Shown here piece by piece: positions 10,203 through 18,159 of a DNA stretch of 64,000 bases. Each line of letters starts with the position of its first letter. Position 1 is the first letter of the stretch. The position numbers were made by a program, and so were the translations under genes. Source of the stretch: Gemmatimonadaceae bacterium. Lineage in GTDB: Bacteria; Gemmatimonadota; Gemmatimonadetes; Gemmatimonadales; Gemmatimonadaceae. The notes beneath the pieces are model-generated. The model worked only from the letters and a program-made list of their open reading frames with translations, searched no databases and was not told the DNA's origin. The stretch spans positions 928,001 to 992,000 of the forward strand of contig JBJMOW010000005.1 in assembly GCA_045803545.1 (NCBI GenBank). Reading direction: 5' to 3'.

Positions 10203-11111
10203 ATGAAAGTTTGCGTACTCGGCGCCGGGGCAATCGGGGCGTACTACGGTGGCCAGCTCGCCCGCGCTGGACACGACGTCATTCTTTACGCGCGCGGGGA
10301 TAATCTCGTGGCAATCGCGACGCGCGGACTCCAGATCAAAAATCCCGACGGATCGTCGACCGTACAGATCAGCGCAACCGACGACGTGCGCGAGCTCGGC
10401 GAACCAGATTTTGCGATACTTGGAGTCAAAAGCTATTCGCTCGTCCCAATCGCACCCGTCGTGAAGCAGATCGCCGAGACGGGCGCGACGATTGTCCCAT
10501 TCCTCAACGGTGTCGAGACCACCGACCGGCTCGTCCAGCTCGGCGTGCCGAGCGAAGCGGTGATTGGTGGTGTTACACGCATCAGCGTTGCCCGCGTCGC
10601 CCCGGGAGTCGTCGAGCGACGCGGTGCCTTTCAAAGCGTTATTGTCGGCGAGCGCGACGGCAGCACGAGCGACCGTGTCTCACGCATCGCCGCCGCATTC
10701 CGTGACGCAGGAGTCGACGCGCGCGCGTCCGATCAGATCACCACCGAGCTCTGGAAGAAATTCGTTTTCATCGCCTCGATGGCGGCGGCGTGCGGACTTG
10801 CGCGCAGTCCGATTGGCCCGGTGCGCGAAATTCCGTTTGGCCGCCGTTTGCTGGAGCGAGCGGTGCGGGAGGTGCTCGACGTCGCCAGTGCACGGGGTAT
10901 TGTCCTCGCCAAGGACGAATTCGCGCAGGTCGTAGGAGCAATCGACGCACTGCCGCCTGGTACCAAGCCAAGTTTCTTGCTCGACGTCGAGGCGGGCGGT
11001 CAAACTGAGCTCGACGTTTTGAGCGGTGCCGTCTCTCGCTACGCCGAACCCGCGCACGTGAGCACTCCGGTGCACGACACGGCCACTGCCGTCTTCAGTG
11101 TGAAGCGATGA
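10203..11111 (+). CDS. panE: 2-dehydropantoate 2-reductase (ketopantoate reductase, ApbA/PanE family)
   Basis: VLGAGAIGAYYG, GVKSY, LNGV, LWKKF, PSFLLD...TELD. Confidence 0.9.
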   Translation: MKVCVLGAGAIGAYYGGQLARAGHDVILYARGDNLVAIATRGLQIKNPDGSSTVQISATDDVRELGEPDFAILGVKSYSLVPIAPVVKQIAETGATIVPFLNGVETTDRLVQLGVPSEAVIGGVTRISVARVAPGVVERRGAFQSVIVGERDGSTSDRVSRIAAAFRDAGVDARASDQITTELWKKFVFIASMAAACGLARSPIGPVREIPFGRRLLERAVREVLDVASARGIVLAKDEFAQVVGAIDALPPGTKPSFLLDVEAGGQTELDVLSGAVSRYAEPAHVSTPVHDTATAVFSVKR

Positions 11112-13464
11112 TCGTGATGGGTATCATCGCGGTCGGCTGACGTCGCACCGCAAAAGTCCCCTGCTTCGTCCGATGGTCGGTGCAGGCATCGACGTATTCG
11201 AGCTCACCGATCAGATCGCGACCGTCATTCGCAGGTGTGCCATGCATCTGCATCGTCCCCGAGCAATTCTGCGCGGGATAAGTCCAGCTTACATCGACAA
11301 CTACGCTGTCAGCGTCCACGCGTCCAGTTCCCTGCCCAATGACCCGGGGGTTCGACGTTTCGAACCTCACGTTTGCAGCCGTTCCCGATACGATCAGGTC
11401 CAACGAGAACGGCAGGCGACTGCGATCGAGGGTGATGTGTCCGCTATAGTGTCCCGACGCTACAGCGTGCTCATTCAGAACCGGTTTGACCCGATCGCGC
11501 AGCGCGAACGCGACGATGTAATCCCCGGCCTTATCTCGAAATTCGCGGTGGCCACCCGCTGCGACGACCACGTACTGGTCGCCGGCCGCAGTGACATACG
11601 TCATCGGCGAGCCATGAACACCTGCCGGCAATCGCGCCGACCAAAGCTCAGCGCCGGTCTGAATGTCGTAGGCGTGCAGGCTCTGATCGAAGGTGCCGCC
11701 GCCAAAGATCAAACCTCCGGCAGTGATCATCGCGCCACCGAGGTTGGGCGATCCCCACTGTTCACTCCCCGGAACCGCGGCAAGATGCGCCATCCGGCCG
11801 TACGGTTTTTCCCAGAGTGTCGTACCGGACTGCAGATCGATTGCCGTTAGCACTCCCCACGGCGGCGGATTGCACGGCGCGCCGTCGGGACTGATCAAGT
11901 GAGTGCGATGCATCGCGTACGGTGTTCCCTGCTGCGTCGCGAACTCGTCGAATCGCGTTCCACTGTTACCTTGTTGCACGGCTGCGCGCGGAACCAGACC
12001 GGCAACGGTGATTAGTCTGTTCGATGGGATGATCGCCACGCGACGAATGGGATCGACGGCGACGCCGCTCCAGTTCGAGCCGCCGATATTGCCGGGGAAA
12101 ATCACCGTGCCTCTGACCGAAGGCGGTGTGAAGATTCCTTCCGAACGAGTGCCACTGAGCTGCTCCTTGCACCACGCGCGGCCCTTGTCAGTCAGCGCAA
12201 AAATCGTTGTATCGGACCGCGTCGGGCCGAGCGGTTTTGGCAGACTTGGCAGCGGCTGGGTCGGCCACGCCTCCTCGCCCGCCACATCGCTGCGAGGTAC
12301 CGGTTGCTCGTCGACGCGAAACAGCGGCTCACCGGTGAGCCGATTGAGCACGAACACGTATCCCATCTTCGTTGTCTGCACGAGCGCCGGAATCCTCGCG
12401 CCGTTGCGCTGCAAATCGATCAGCGCGGGCTGAGCCGGGATGTCGTAATCCCACAGATCATGGTGCACGACCTGGTAATGCCAGAGCACTTTTCCAGTCG
12501 ACGCGCGCAGTGCGACGATGGAATTGGCGAAGTCGTTGCGGCCGAGTCGCTCACCGCCGTAGAAATCGGGACTCGCGCTGCCGGTCGGCACGAAGATCAT
12601 GTCGCGCACCGGATCAGCGCTGATCGTCGCCCACGCGTTGGCCGCACCGGTTTGATGCGCGGCTAATCCACGCCACGTCGCGTATTCGGGCGTCGACGGA
12701 TCATTCGGAACCGGGTCCCACGACCAGCGTCTGGCGCCGGTGCGCGCGTCGAACGCCTGCACCACTCCCGCCGGCGCGTTAGCGCGCCGGTTGTCCGCGA
12801 CTGTCGCCCCTACGATTACGAGATCAGCGATGATCGCCGGGGCTGACGTGACACCAAACTCACCCCTGTATTCCGGCGTGTTGCGAATGCCCGCGGTGAG
12901 ATCGACCTGCCCGTTCGCGCCAAAGTCGGAGCACCGCCTGCCGTCGCGCGCGTCGAGCGCGATGAGGCGAGCATCGAGGGTGGCCACAAAAATCCGGCGA
13001 CGACACGGAACGTTGACCGCCCGCGTGTGATCGAGCCACGTCGAAACACCGCGATTCGTCGGATCACCATAGCCGCGCGACAGATCGAGCTCTGCGTCAA
13101 ACGACCAAAGCTCGGCGCCGGTGGCAGGGTTCAGCGCGCGCACTCCGCCGAACGGCGTCGACGCGTATAACACACCCTCGACGAACAGCGGTGTCGTTTC
13201 ATCGCGCACCATACCGTCTCCGCGCGCAAAATCCCCGGTGCGATAGGTCCATATCGGCACGAGATCGCGCACGTTGGCGGTAGTGACCTGGGCCGCGGGC
13301 GAATACTTGGTGCCACCAGCATCCCGCCCGTACGCGGTCCATTCGACTGCCGCTCCAACGCTGGTTACTCCGGCCGAGGCAAAAGCAGCCGTCGACACCT
13401 GCGAGCAGCCGATGCTCGTTGCGCATCCGACTGCCAACACCAGGTGGCGATATGAAGGGATCAT
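11095..13464 (-). CDS. PQQ-dependent dehydrogenase (glucose/quinate DH-like), probable lipoprotein, with C-terminal extension
   Basis: WTAYGRD, ETTPL, NRGVSTW, HHDLWDYDIPAQP, PCNPPPWG, PMTY; lipobox-like SIGC. Confidence 0.9.
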   Translation of the reverse strand: MIPSYRHLVLAVGCATSIGCSQVSTAAFASAGVTSVGAAVEWTAYGRDAGGTKYSPAAQVTTANVRDLVPIWTYRTGDFARGDGMVRDETTPLFVEGVLYASTPFGGVRALNPATGAELWSFDAELDLSRGYGDPTNRGVSTWLDHTRAVNVPCRRRIFVATLDARLIALDARDGRRCSDFGANGQVDLTAGIRNTPEYRGEFGVTSAPAIIADLVIVGATVADNRRANAPAGVVQAFDARTGARRWSWDPVPNDPSTPEYATWRGLAAHQTGAANAWATISADPVRDMIFVPTGSASPDFYGGERLGRNDFANSIVALRASTGKVLWHYQVVHHDLWDYDIPAQPALIDLQRNGARIPALVQTTKMGYVFVLNRLTGEPLFRVDEQPVPRSDVAGEEAWPTQPLPSLPKPLGPTRSDTTIFALTDKGRAWCKEQLSGTRSEGIFTPPSVRGTVIFPGNIGGSNWSGVAVDPIRRVAIIPSNRLITVAGLVPRAAVQQGNSGTRFDEFATQQGTPYAMHRTHLISPDGAPCNPPPWGVLTAIDLQSGTTLWEKPYGRMAHLAAVPGSEQWGSPNLGGAMITAGGLIFGGGTFDQSLHAYDIQTGAELWSARLPAGVHGSPMTYVTAAGDQYVVVAAGGHREFRDKAGDYIVAFALRDRVKPVLNEHAVASGHYSGHITLDRSRLPFSLDLIVSGTAANVRFETSNPRVIGQGTGRVDADSVVVDVSWTYPAQNCSGTMQMHGTPANDGRDLIGELEYVDACTDHRTKQGTFAVRRQPTAMIPITIIASH

Positions 13465-14438
13465 ACACTCGCTCCCGAGCCGAACCGGCTGCGGTAATTG
13501 CTGGGCGACACACCAAATCTGCGCTCAAACGCGCGCCGAAACACGTCCGAGCTGGCATAGCCGACCGAGCGCGCCACCGCGTCGATGCTCACCCGCCGTC
13601 GCGATTCACCGAGTCGCCGTTGCGCTTCGCCAAGCCGAGCGTGCTCGACGAACGCGGCCGGAGTCGTGCCCAGCTCTTCCCTGAACGCCCGCGCGAACTG
13701 ACGCACGCTGAGGAAGGTCCGTTCGGCGAGCGCTTCGACAGAGAGGTCGTCCCGCAAATGCGAATGAATCCACGCCGCCAGATCCTTGAACCTGTCAATG
13801 GTCGCCGACTGGAACTCGAGCGGCTCGGAGAACTGGTTCTGGCCGCCGTCTCGCTTCACGTAGACCACCATCTCGCGCGCCACGGCCAGCGACGCGCTGG
13901 GGCCGAAGTCTTCCTCGATCAGCGCCAGTGCGAGATCGATTCCGGCGCTGACGCCGGCTGACGTGTAGAACTTTCCGGATTTCAGAAACAGCGCATCTGC
14001 CTGCATATCGAGTCGTGGGAATTTCTCGACGACATCCTTGGCCGCACTCCAGTGCGTAGTGACCGGCAGCCCATCCAGCAGTCCGCTCGGCGCGACTCCA
14101 TAGATCCCGGTGCACACGCTGGCGATGCGACGGATCGACGGCGCGCGCTCGGCGAGCCAGCTGGCGCACCGCTCACCGAGTCCATTCCGCCTCAATCCCG
14201 CGCCACCCGGCACGATCACGGTGTCAAACGCAAAAGAAGTGTCCAGGCCCACGTGTGCCGACATCCGTACGCCGCAGCTAGTGGTGAACGCGCGGCGATG
14301 CAGACCGATGATGGTGACGTCATACGGTCGTGCACCGAAGCCGGGCATGGTATCGAATGCGTCCGATCCAAAGGCGTCCGCGGGTCCAATGAGGTCAAGT
14401 GCCTGGACCTCGTCGAAGCCAAAGAAGCCGATGCGCAT
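13461..14438 (-). CDS. GlxA-family transcriptional regulator (DJ-1/PfpI + AraC HTH)
   Basis: IASVCTG, TTHW, TSAGVSAGIDLAL, RDGGQNQFS, C-terminal AraC HTH; start 14438 or 14447. Confidence 0.92.
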   Translation of the reverse strand: MRIGFFGFDEVQALDLIGPADAFGSDAFDTMPGFGARPYDVTIIGLHRRAFTTSCGVRMSAHVGLDTSFAFDTVIVPGGAGLRRNGLGERCASWLAERAPSIRRIASVCTGIYGVAPSGLLDGLPVTTHWSAAKDVVEKFPRLDMQADALFLKSGKFYTSAGVSAGIDLALALIEEDFGPSASLAVAREMVVYVKRDGGQNQFSEPLEFQSATIDRFKDLAAWIHSHLRDDLSVEALAERTFLSVRQFARAFREELGTTPAAFVEHARLGEAQRRLGESRRRVSIDAVARSVGYASSDVFRRAFERRFGVSPSNYRSRFGSGASV

Positions 14439-14510
14439 TCTCTCCATGAGAGTAAGGTCCGACAAACGGACGATGTCCGCAACGACATACTTCCGATGTT
14501 TTCGGCCGTA

Positions 14511-14576
14511 GCGGGAAGCGGGAAGCGGGAAGCGGGAGGCGGGAGGCGGGAAGCGGGAAGCGGGGAGCGGGCAGCG
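14511..14576 (+). repeat. Heptamer tandem repeat (GCGGGAA-like, 9 copies)
   Basis: GCGGGAA x3, GCGGGAG x2, GCGGGAA x2, GCGGGGA, GCGGGCA, GCG read directly from the sequence. Confidence 0.95.
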
Positions 14577-14627
14577 CTTCTCACGGCTCGTAGTCCAACG
14601 CCTACCACCTCCCTCATCCCCATCCCC

Positions 14628-14662
14628 TTGCCAAAACTACCGTACCACTGTACTATTCTACT
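14628..14662 (+). promoter_or_regulatory. Sigma70-type promoter giving a leaderless mRNA for the GntR-ABC operon, overlapping a probable YtrA-type operator
   Basis: TTGCCA-17 nt-TACTAT-6 nt-ATG; no Shine-Dalgarno. Confidence 0.7.
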
Positions 14663-15076
14663 ATGACTCTGTTTCTCAAGCCCAACCCGGCCTCCGGCGT
14701 TCCGATTTACCTCCAGCTCAAGGAGCAAATCCGGCACGCCTGCGAGACAGGAGCGCTCCGGCCCGGCGATTCGCTTCCGGGTATCCGCGCGCTGGCAGAA
14801 TCGATGGTGATCAACCCCAACACCGCAGCTCGTGTCTATCACGAGCTGGAGCAGGAAGGGTTGCTCGAGCTGCGGCATGGGGTCGGAGCATTCGTCGCGT
14901 CACGCGGCACGACGAGATGGACCGCTGCCCGCACCGGACAAATAAAGGCCGCTCAGAAAGCGGCCAAGTCATTCGTCAGCGAGCTGCGCCGTCGCGGCAT
15001 CGAGCCCGACGAAATCCGCAGACTGATCGAAGCAGAACTCGTGAGCGGCGATGGCAGAGTGCCGCTGGTCGGCTAA
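14663..15076 (+). CDS. GntR-family regulator (YtrA subfamily)
   Basis: PIYLQL...GDSLPGIRALA...INPNTAARVY...GVGAFV; short C-terminus; precedes ABC genes. Confidence 0.92.
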   Translation: MTLFLKPNPASGVPIYLQLKEQIRHACETGALRPGDSLPGIRALAESMVINPNTAARVYHELEQEGLLELRHGVGAFVASRGTTRWTAARTGQIKAAQKAAKSFVSELRRRGIEPDEIRRLIEAELVSGDGRVPLVG

Positions 15077-15079
15077 CCG

Positions 15080-15988
15080 ATGGAGCTAAATGTGAAGCAG
15101 TCCTACGCAATGGAGACCGACGCCCTCACCAAGTACTATGGCGATTTCGAGGCGGTGCGCGGCCTCACCATGCGCGTCCCCAAGGGAAGCATCACCGGCT
15201 TCCTCGGTCAGAACGGCGCCGGCAAGAGCTCCACTATTCGGATGCTCCTCGGAATGAGCCGGCCAACACGCGGCAACGGTCGCGTGCTCGACTTCGACAT
15301 CACCGACGAGCGGCAAAGCATCGAGATGCGGAAACGCGTCGCGTACGTCGGCGAGGACAAACGCCTCTACGATTACATGACCGTACGCCAGATGATCGAC
15401 TTCACCAAAGCCTTCTATCGCGGCTGGCGAAACGAGATCGAGCAGAAGCTGCTCGACGAGTTTCGGCTGCCCTTCGATCGATCGACCAAGAAATTATCCA
15501 AGGGCATGCGCACTCAGCTCGCCTTGCTGCTCGCCTTCGCCCGCGGCGCCGAGCTGATGGTGCTCGATGAGCCGACGGAAGGTCTCGATCCGGTGATGGC
15601 GGAGAAAGTTCTCGAGCTGGTAGTGGGCGCCGCAGCCGACGGCGCGACGATATTCTTCTCGTCGCACCAGATCGCCGAAGTCGAGCAGGTCGCCGACCGC
15701 ATTCTGTTGATCGACCGTGGGCAGCTGTTGCTGGAGACGACACTGGAGTCGATCTCCACAGACTTCCGTCGCATTCGAGGAGTCTACGAGTCAGCGCCCA
15801 AGCCAGCCTCACTCGCAATCGACGGTGTGACGCGCGTTGCCGTGGACGGCCGCGTTGTTTCGGTGATGGCTTCCCGCAACTCGGCGGGTATAGCGGAGCG
15901 AATGAGAGCGTCCGCCACTGCCGTGGAAGTGCTGCCGATGACACTCAAGGAGATCGTTCTCGAAAGCCTCAAGCGAGACCAGGCGTGA
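15080..15988 (+). CDS. ABC transporter ATP-binding protein
   Basis: Walker A GQNGAGKS, signature LSKGM, Walker B LDEPT, SSH. Confidence 0.95.
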   Translation: MELNVKQSYAMETDALTKYYGDFEAVRGLTMRVPKGSITGFLGQNGAGKSSTIRMLLGMSRPTRGNGRVLDFDITDERQSIEMRKRVAYVGEDKRLYDYMTVRQMIDFTKAFYRGWRNEIEQKLLDEFRLPFDRSTKKLSKGMRTQLALLLAFARGAELMVLDEPTEGLDPVMAEKVLELVVGAAADGATIFFSSHQIAEVEQVADRILLIDRGQLLLETTLESISTDFRRIRGVYESAPKPASLAIDGVTRVAVDGRVVSVMASRNSAGIAERMRASATAVEVLPMTLKEIVLESLKRDQA

Positions 15989-16776
15989 ACAAGGCGCTGG
16001 TCTACAAAACGTGGCTGGAGACACGTACGCGCTTCATCACCGCGATCATCGTCACCATTGCCGTCTGTGGATTCTTTACTCTCGCGCACAGCTGGATCGA
16101 GGGCACATGGCAACGAGACCTGATCGAGCATCCGGAATACGACAACCCGCCGTGGTTCCTGCGAGTGATGCGCGACTATCCGTTTTATCTCTACCACTAC
16201 GTCTACGCCGATTTCTTTCAGAAGATCTGGGTCTTCCTCGCCGTTCTGCTTGGGGTGGGCGGACTCACACGCGAGGCAGCGCATGGCAGCGCCGGATTCA
16301 CGCTTTCCCTTCCGGTTAGTCGCACAAGACTGTTCGGCGCGAGAGCGCTTGTCGCCGTTGCCGAACTTTTCGCGCTGACTATTCTGGCACTCGCCACGAT
16401 CATGGTGGGATCGTGGATCATGCGCCTTCCCTATCCGATCGATCACGGAGTCATACACCTCGCGACACTGTTTCTTGGCGGGCTCGTTTTCCTCGGCGCT
16501 TCGCTATGTCTCAGTGAATTCGTAGAAGGTGAAAACACGCCAGTCATCATCGCACTCGGTGGCATCGGGCTGCTGTATTTCCTGATGCAGCCCTACGTCG
16601 ACGGCGCCCCGCTCGATTGGTTCGCGGTTCCGTTTGCGATTCCGAAGCTCATGGCGGGCCCGGCAGATATCACCAACGTCAGTGACATCGCATGGATCGG
16701 CATGCTGGCCAGCCTCGCTGCAGCCGCGCTCTTCGCGACGGCGGCGATCCGGCGTACCCGGCGGAGCGATTACTGA
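15985..16776 (+). CDS. ABC-2 type permease
   Basis: About 6 TM helices, E..GSAGFTLSLPVSR motif; GTGA overlap. Confidence 0.85.
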   Translation: MNKALVYKTWLETRTRFITAIIVTIAVCGFFTLAHSWIEGTWQRDLIEHPEYDNPPWFLRVMRDYPFYLYHYVYADFFQKIWVFLAVLLGVGGLTREAAHGSAGFTLSLPVSRTRLFGARALVAVAELFALTILALATIMVGSWIMRLPYPIDHGVIHLATLFLGGLVFLGASLCLSEFVEGENTPVIIALGGIGLLYFLMQPYVDGAPLDWFAVPFAIPKLMAGPADITNVSDIAWIGMLASLAAAALFATAAIRRTRRSDY

Positions 16777-17531
16777 TGTCGGCAGGTACGAGGATGCTGT
16801 TCAGGAAGGCGTGGCTGGAGAGCAAAGCACGATTCACTGCCGCGGCGGTGGTGCTGGCGATTCTCGGTTTGTCGACCGTCCTTCGCGCGCCTGCCACAAT
16901 CGCCGGCTGGGAGAGCGTTCATCGCGGAGAGCAGATGTCGTATCCACTCTATGTGTGGCTCTCACTGCCTCACGGATTCCTGCAGTTCATCTGGATCATT
17001 GCCGCCGTACTACTCGGACTGGGCGGGCTCTTACGTGAGGACGCCGTCGGATCCAGCGGCTTTTCTCTATCGCTGCCGGTCAGTCGCCATCAACACGTTC
17101 TCACCCGCGCAGCTGTCGGCGCCGCTGAAGCGATCCTGCTCGGCTTCATTCCGCTGTTGATTGTCGCGATCCTGTCGCCGCTAATTCAACGGTCGTTTCC
17201 GTTGTCGCAAGCGCTGATGTTCGCGACGATGTTCGTGCTCGCCGGCCTCGTCTTCTTCGCGCTCGGATTTTTCCTGTCGCACCTGTTGCGCGGGGAGTAC
17301 AGTGCGCCGGCGGTGGCGCTCGCCGGGATCGCAGCGTTTTACATCCTCACCAGGCTGCCCCGCCTCGGATCGCTGAGCGTCTTCGACGCGATGGATGGCA
17401 AGAAGGTTCTCGTCGATCACACCTTCCTCCTCGGCAGCGAGTTCCCGCTCGTCACCATCGTGGTCAGTCTGGCGATTGCGACCTTTCTCATCGTGCTTTC
17501 AATCGCCAGAGCGAACGCGCGCGATTTCTAG
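16776..17531 (+). CDS. ABC-2 type permease (paralog of the preceding gene)
   Basis: KAWLESKARF, GSSGFSLSLPVSR; TGATG coupling. Confidence 0.85.
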   Translation: MSAGTRMLFRKAWLESKARFTAAAVVLAILGLSTVLRAPATIAGWESVHRGEQMSYPLYVWLSLPHGFLQFIWIIAAVLLGLGGLLREDAVGSSGFSLSLPVSRHQHVLTRAAVGAAEAILLGFIPLLIVAILSPLIQRSFPLSQALMFATMFVLAGLVFFALGFFLSHLLRGEYSAPAVALAGIAAFYILTRLPRLGSLSVFDAMDGKKVLVDHTFLLGSEFPLVTIVVSLAIATFLIVLSIARANARDF

Positions 17532-17542
17532 CGTGCCGCGAC

Positions 17543-18004
17543 TTACTGGTGCGGCGTCTCCTGTACCTTGAACGTCGGCGTCACGAAGTCGGGCTCTTTG
17601 GCCGCGGAATCATCGGGCACAGGCATCGGCATCGCGATGCGGAAGATTCCACCGCCTAGATCCTGCGGCACCTGGAAGGAGTGCACCACTGTTTGGCCGG
17701 GATCGAGGAAGCCGAGTGCGATCGGACAGCCGTCCCTGGGCTCGCTGACTGTAGTCCAGGAGGCACCGCTCTGTTTCTGCAGTTTTGCTTTGCAGAAATT
17801 ATTGGGATAGAACAGCGCGACCTCACTCAGGTTGGCGATGGTGACGTTCACCGGCTCGCCCAGCTTGTAGGTCTCCTTCGGGAAGAACGCCGCGACGCGT
17901 TTGCCAGGGCCTGGATCGTAAGGTCGGAGACTCACGCACGCCGACACACCGATCGTGACTAACATCAAGAAGCCCAGGTTCGCCCGCAGCATTCCGCGCA
18001 TCAT
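17543..18004 (-). CDS. Hypothetical lipoprotein with Ig-like domain
   Basis: Lipobox VSAC; YKLGEPVNVTIAN and LDPGQTVVH beta-sandwich pattern. Confidence 0.7.
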   Translation of the reverse strand: MMRGMLRANLGFLMLVTIGVSACVSLRPYDPGPGKRVAAFFPKETYKLGEPVNVTIANLSEVALFYPNNFCKAKLQKQSGASWTTVSEPRDGCPIALGFLDPGQTVVHSFQVPQDLGGGIFRIAMPMPVPDDSAAKEPDFVTPTFKVQETPHQ

Positions 18005-18159
18005 TCCCTCTCGAAGTTTCCGAGAAGGTAGCTGAGCAATAAGGTTGCCGCGAGATTGCAGCGCTAATTCGCTGCGGCTTCGCTAGCTATTCGGGGAATT
18101 TTGAAGCAGTCGCGCCACACTCGTGGCGAATTGCGGCGATTCTAAGGCGGAACTACCAG

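Noticed and set aside
14511..14576. Repeat as a CRISPR array
   Set aside because: 7-nt tandem units with no spacers, and no cas genes in the window
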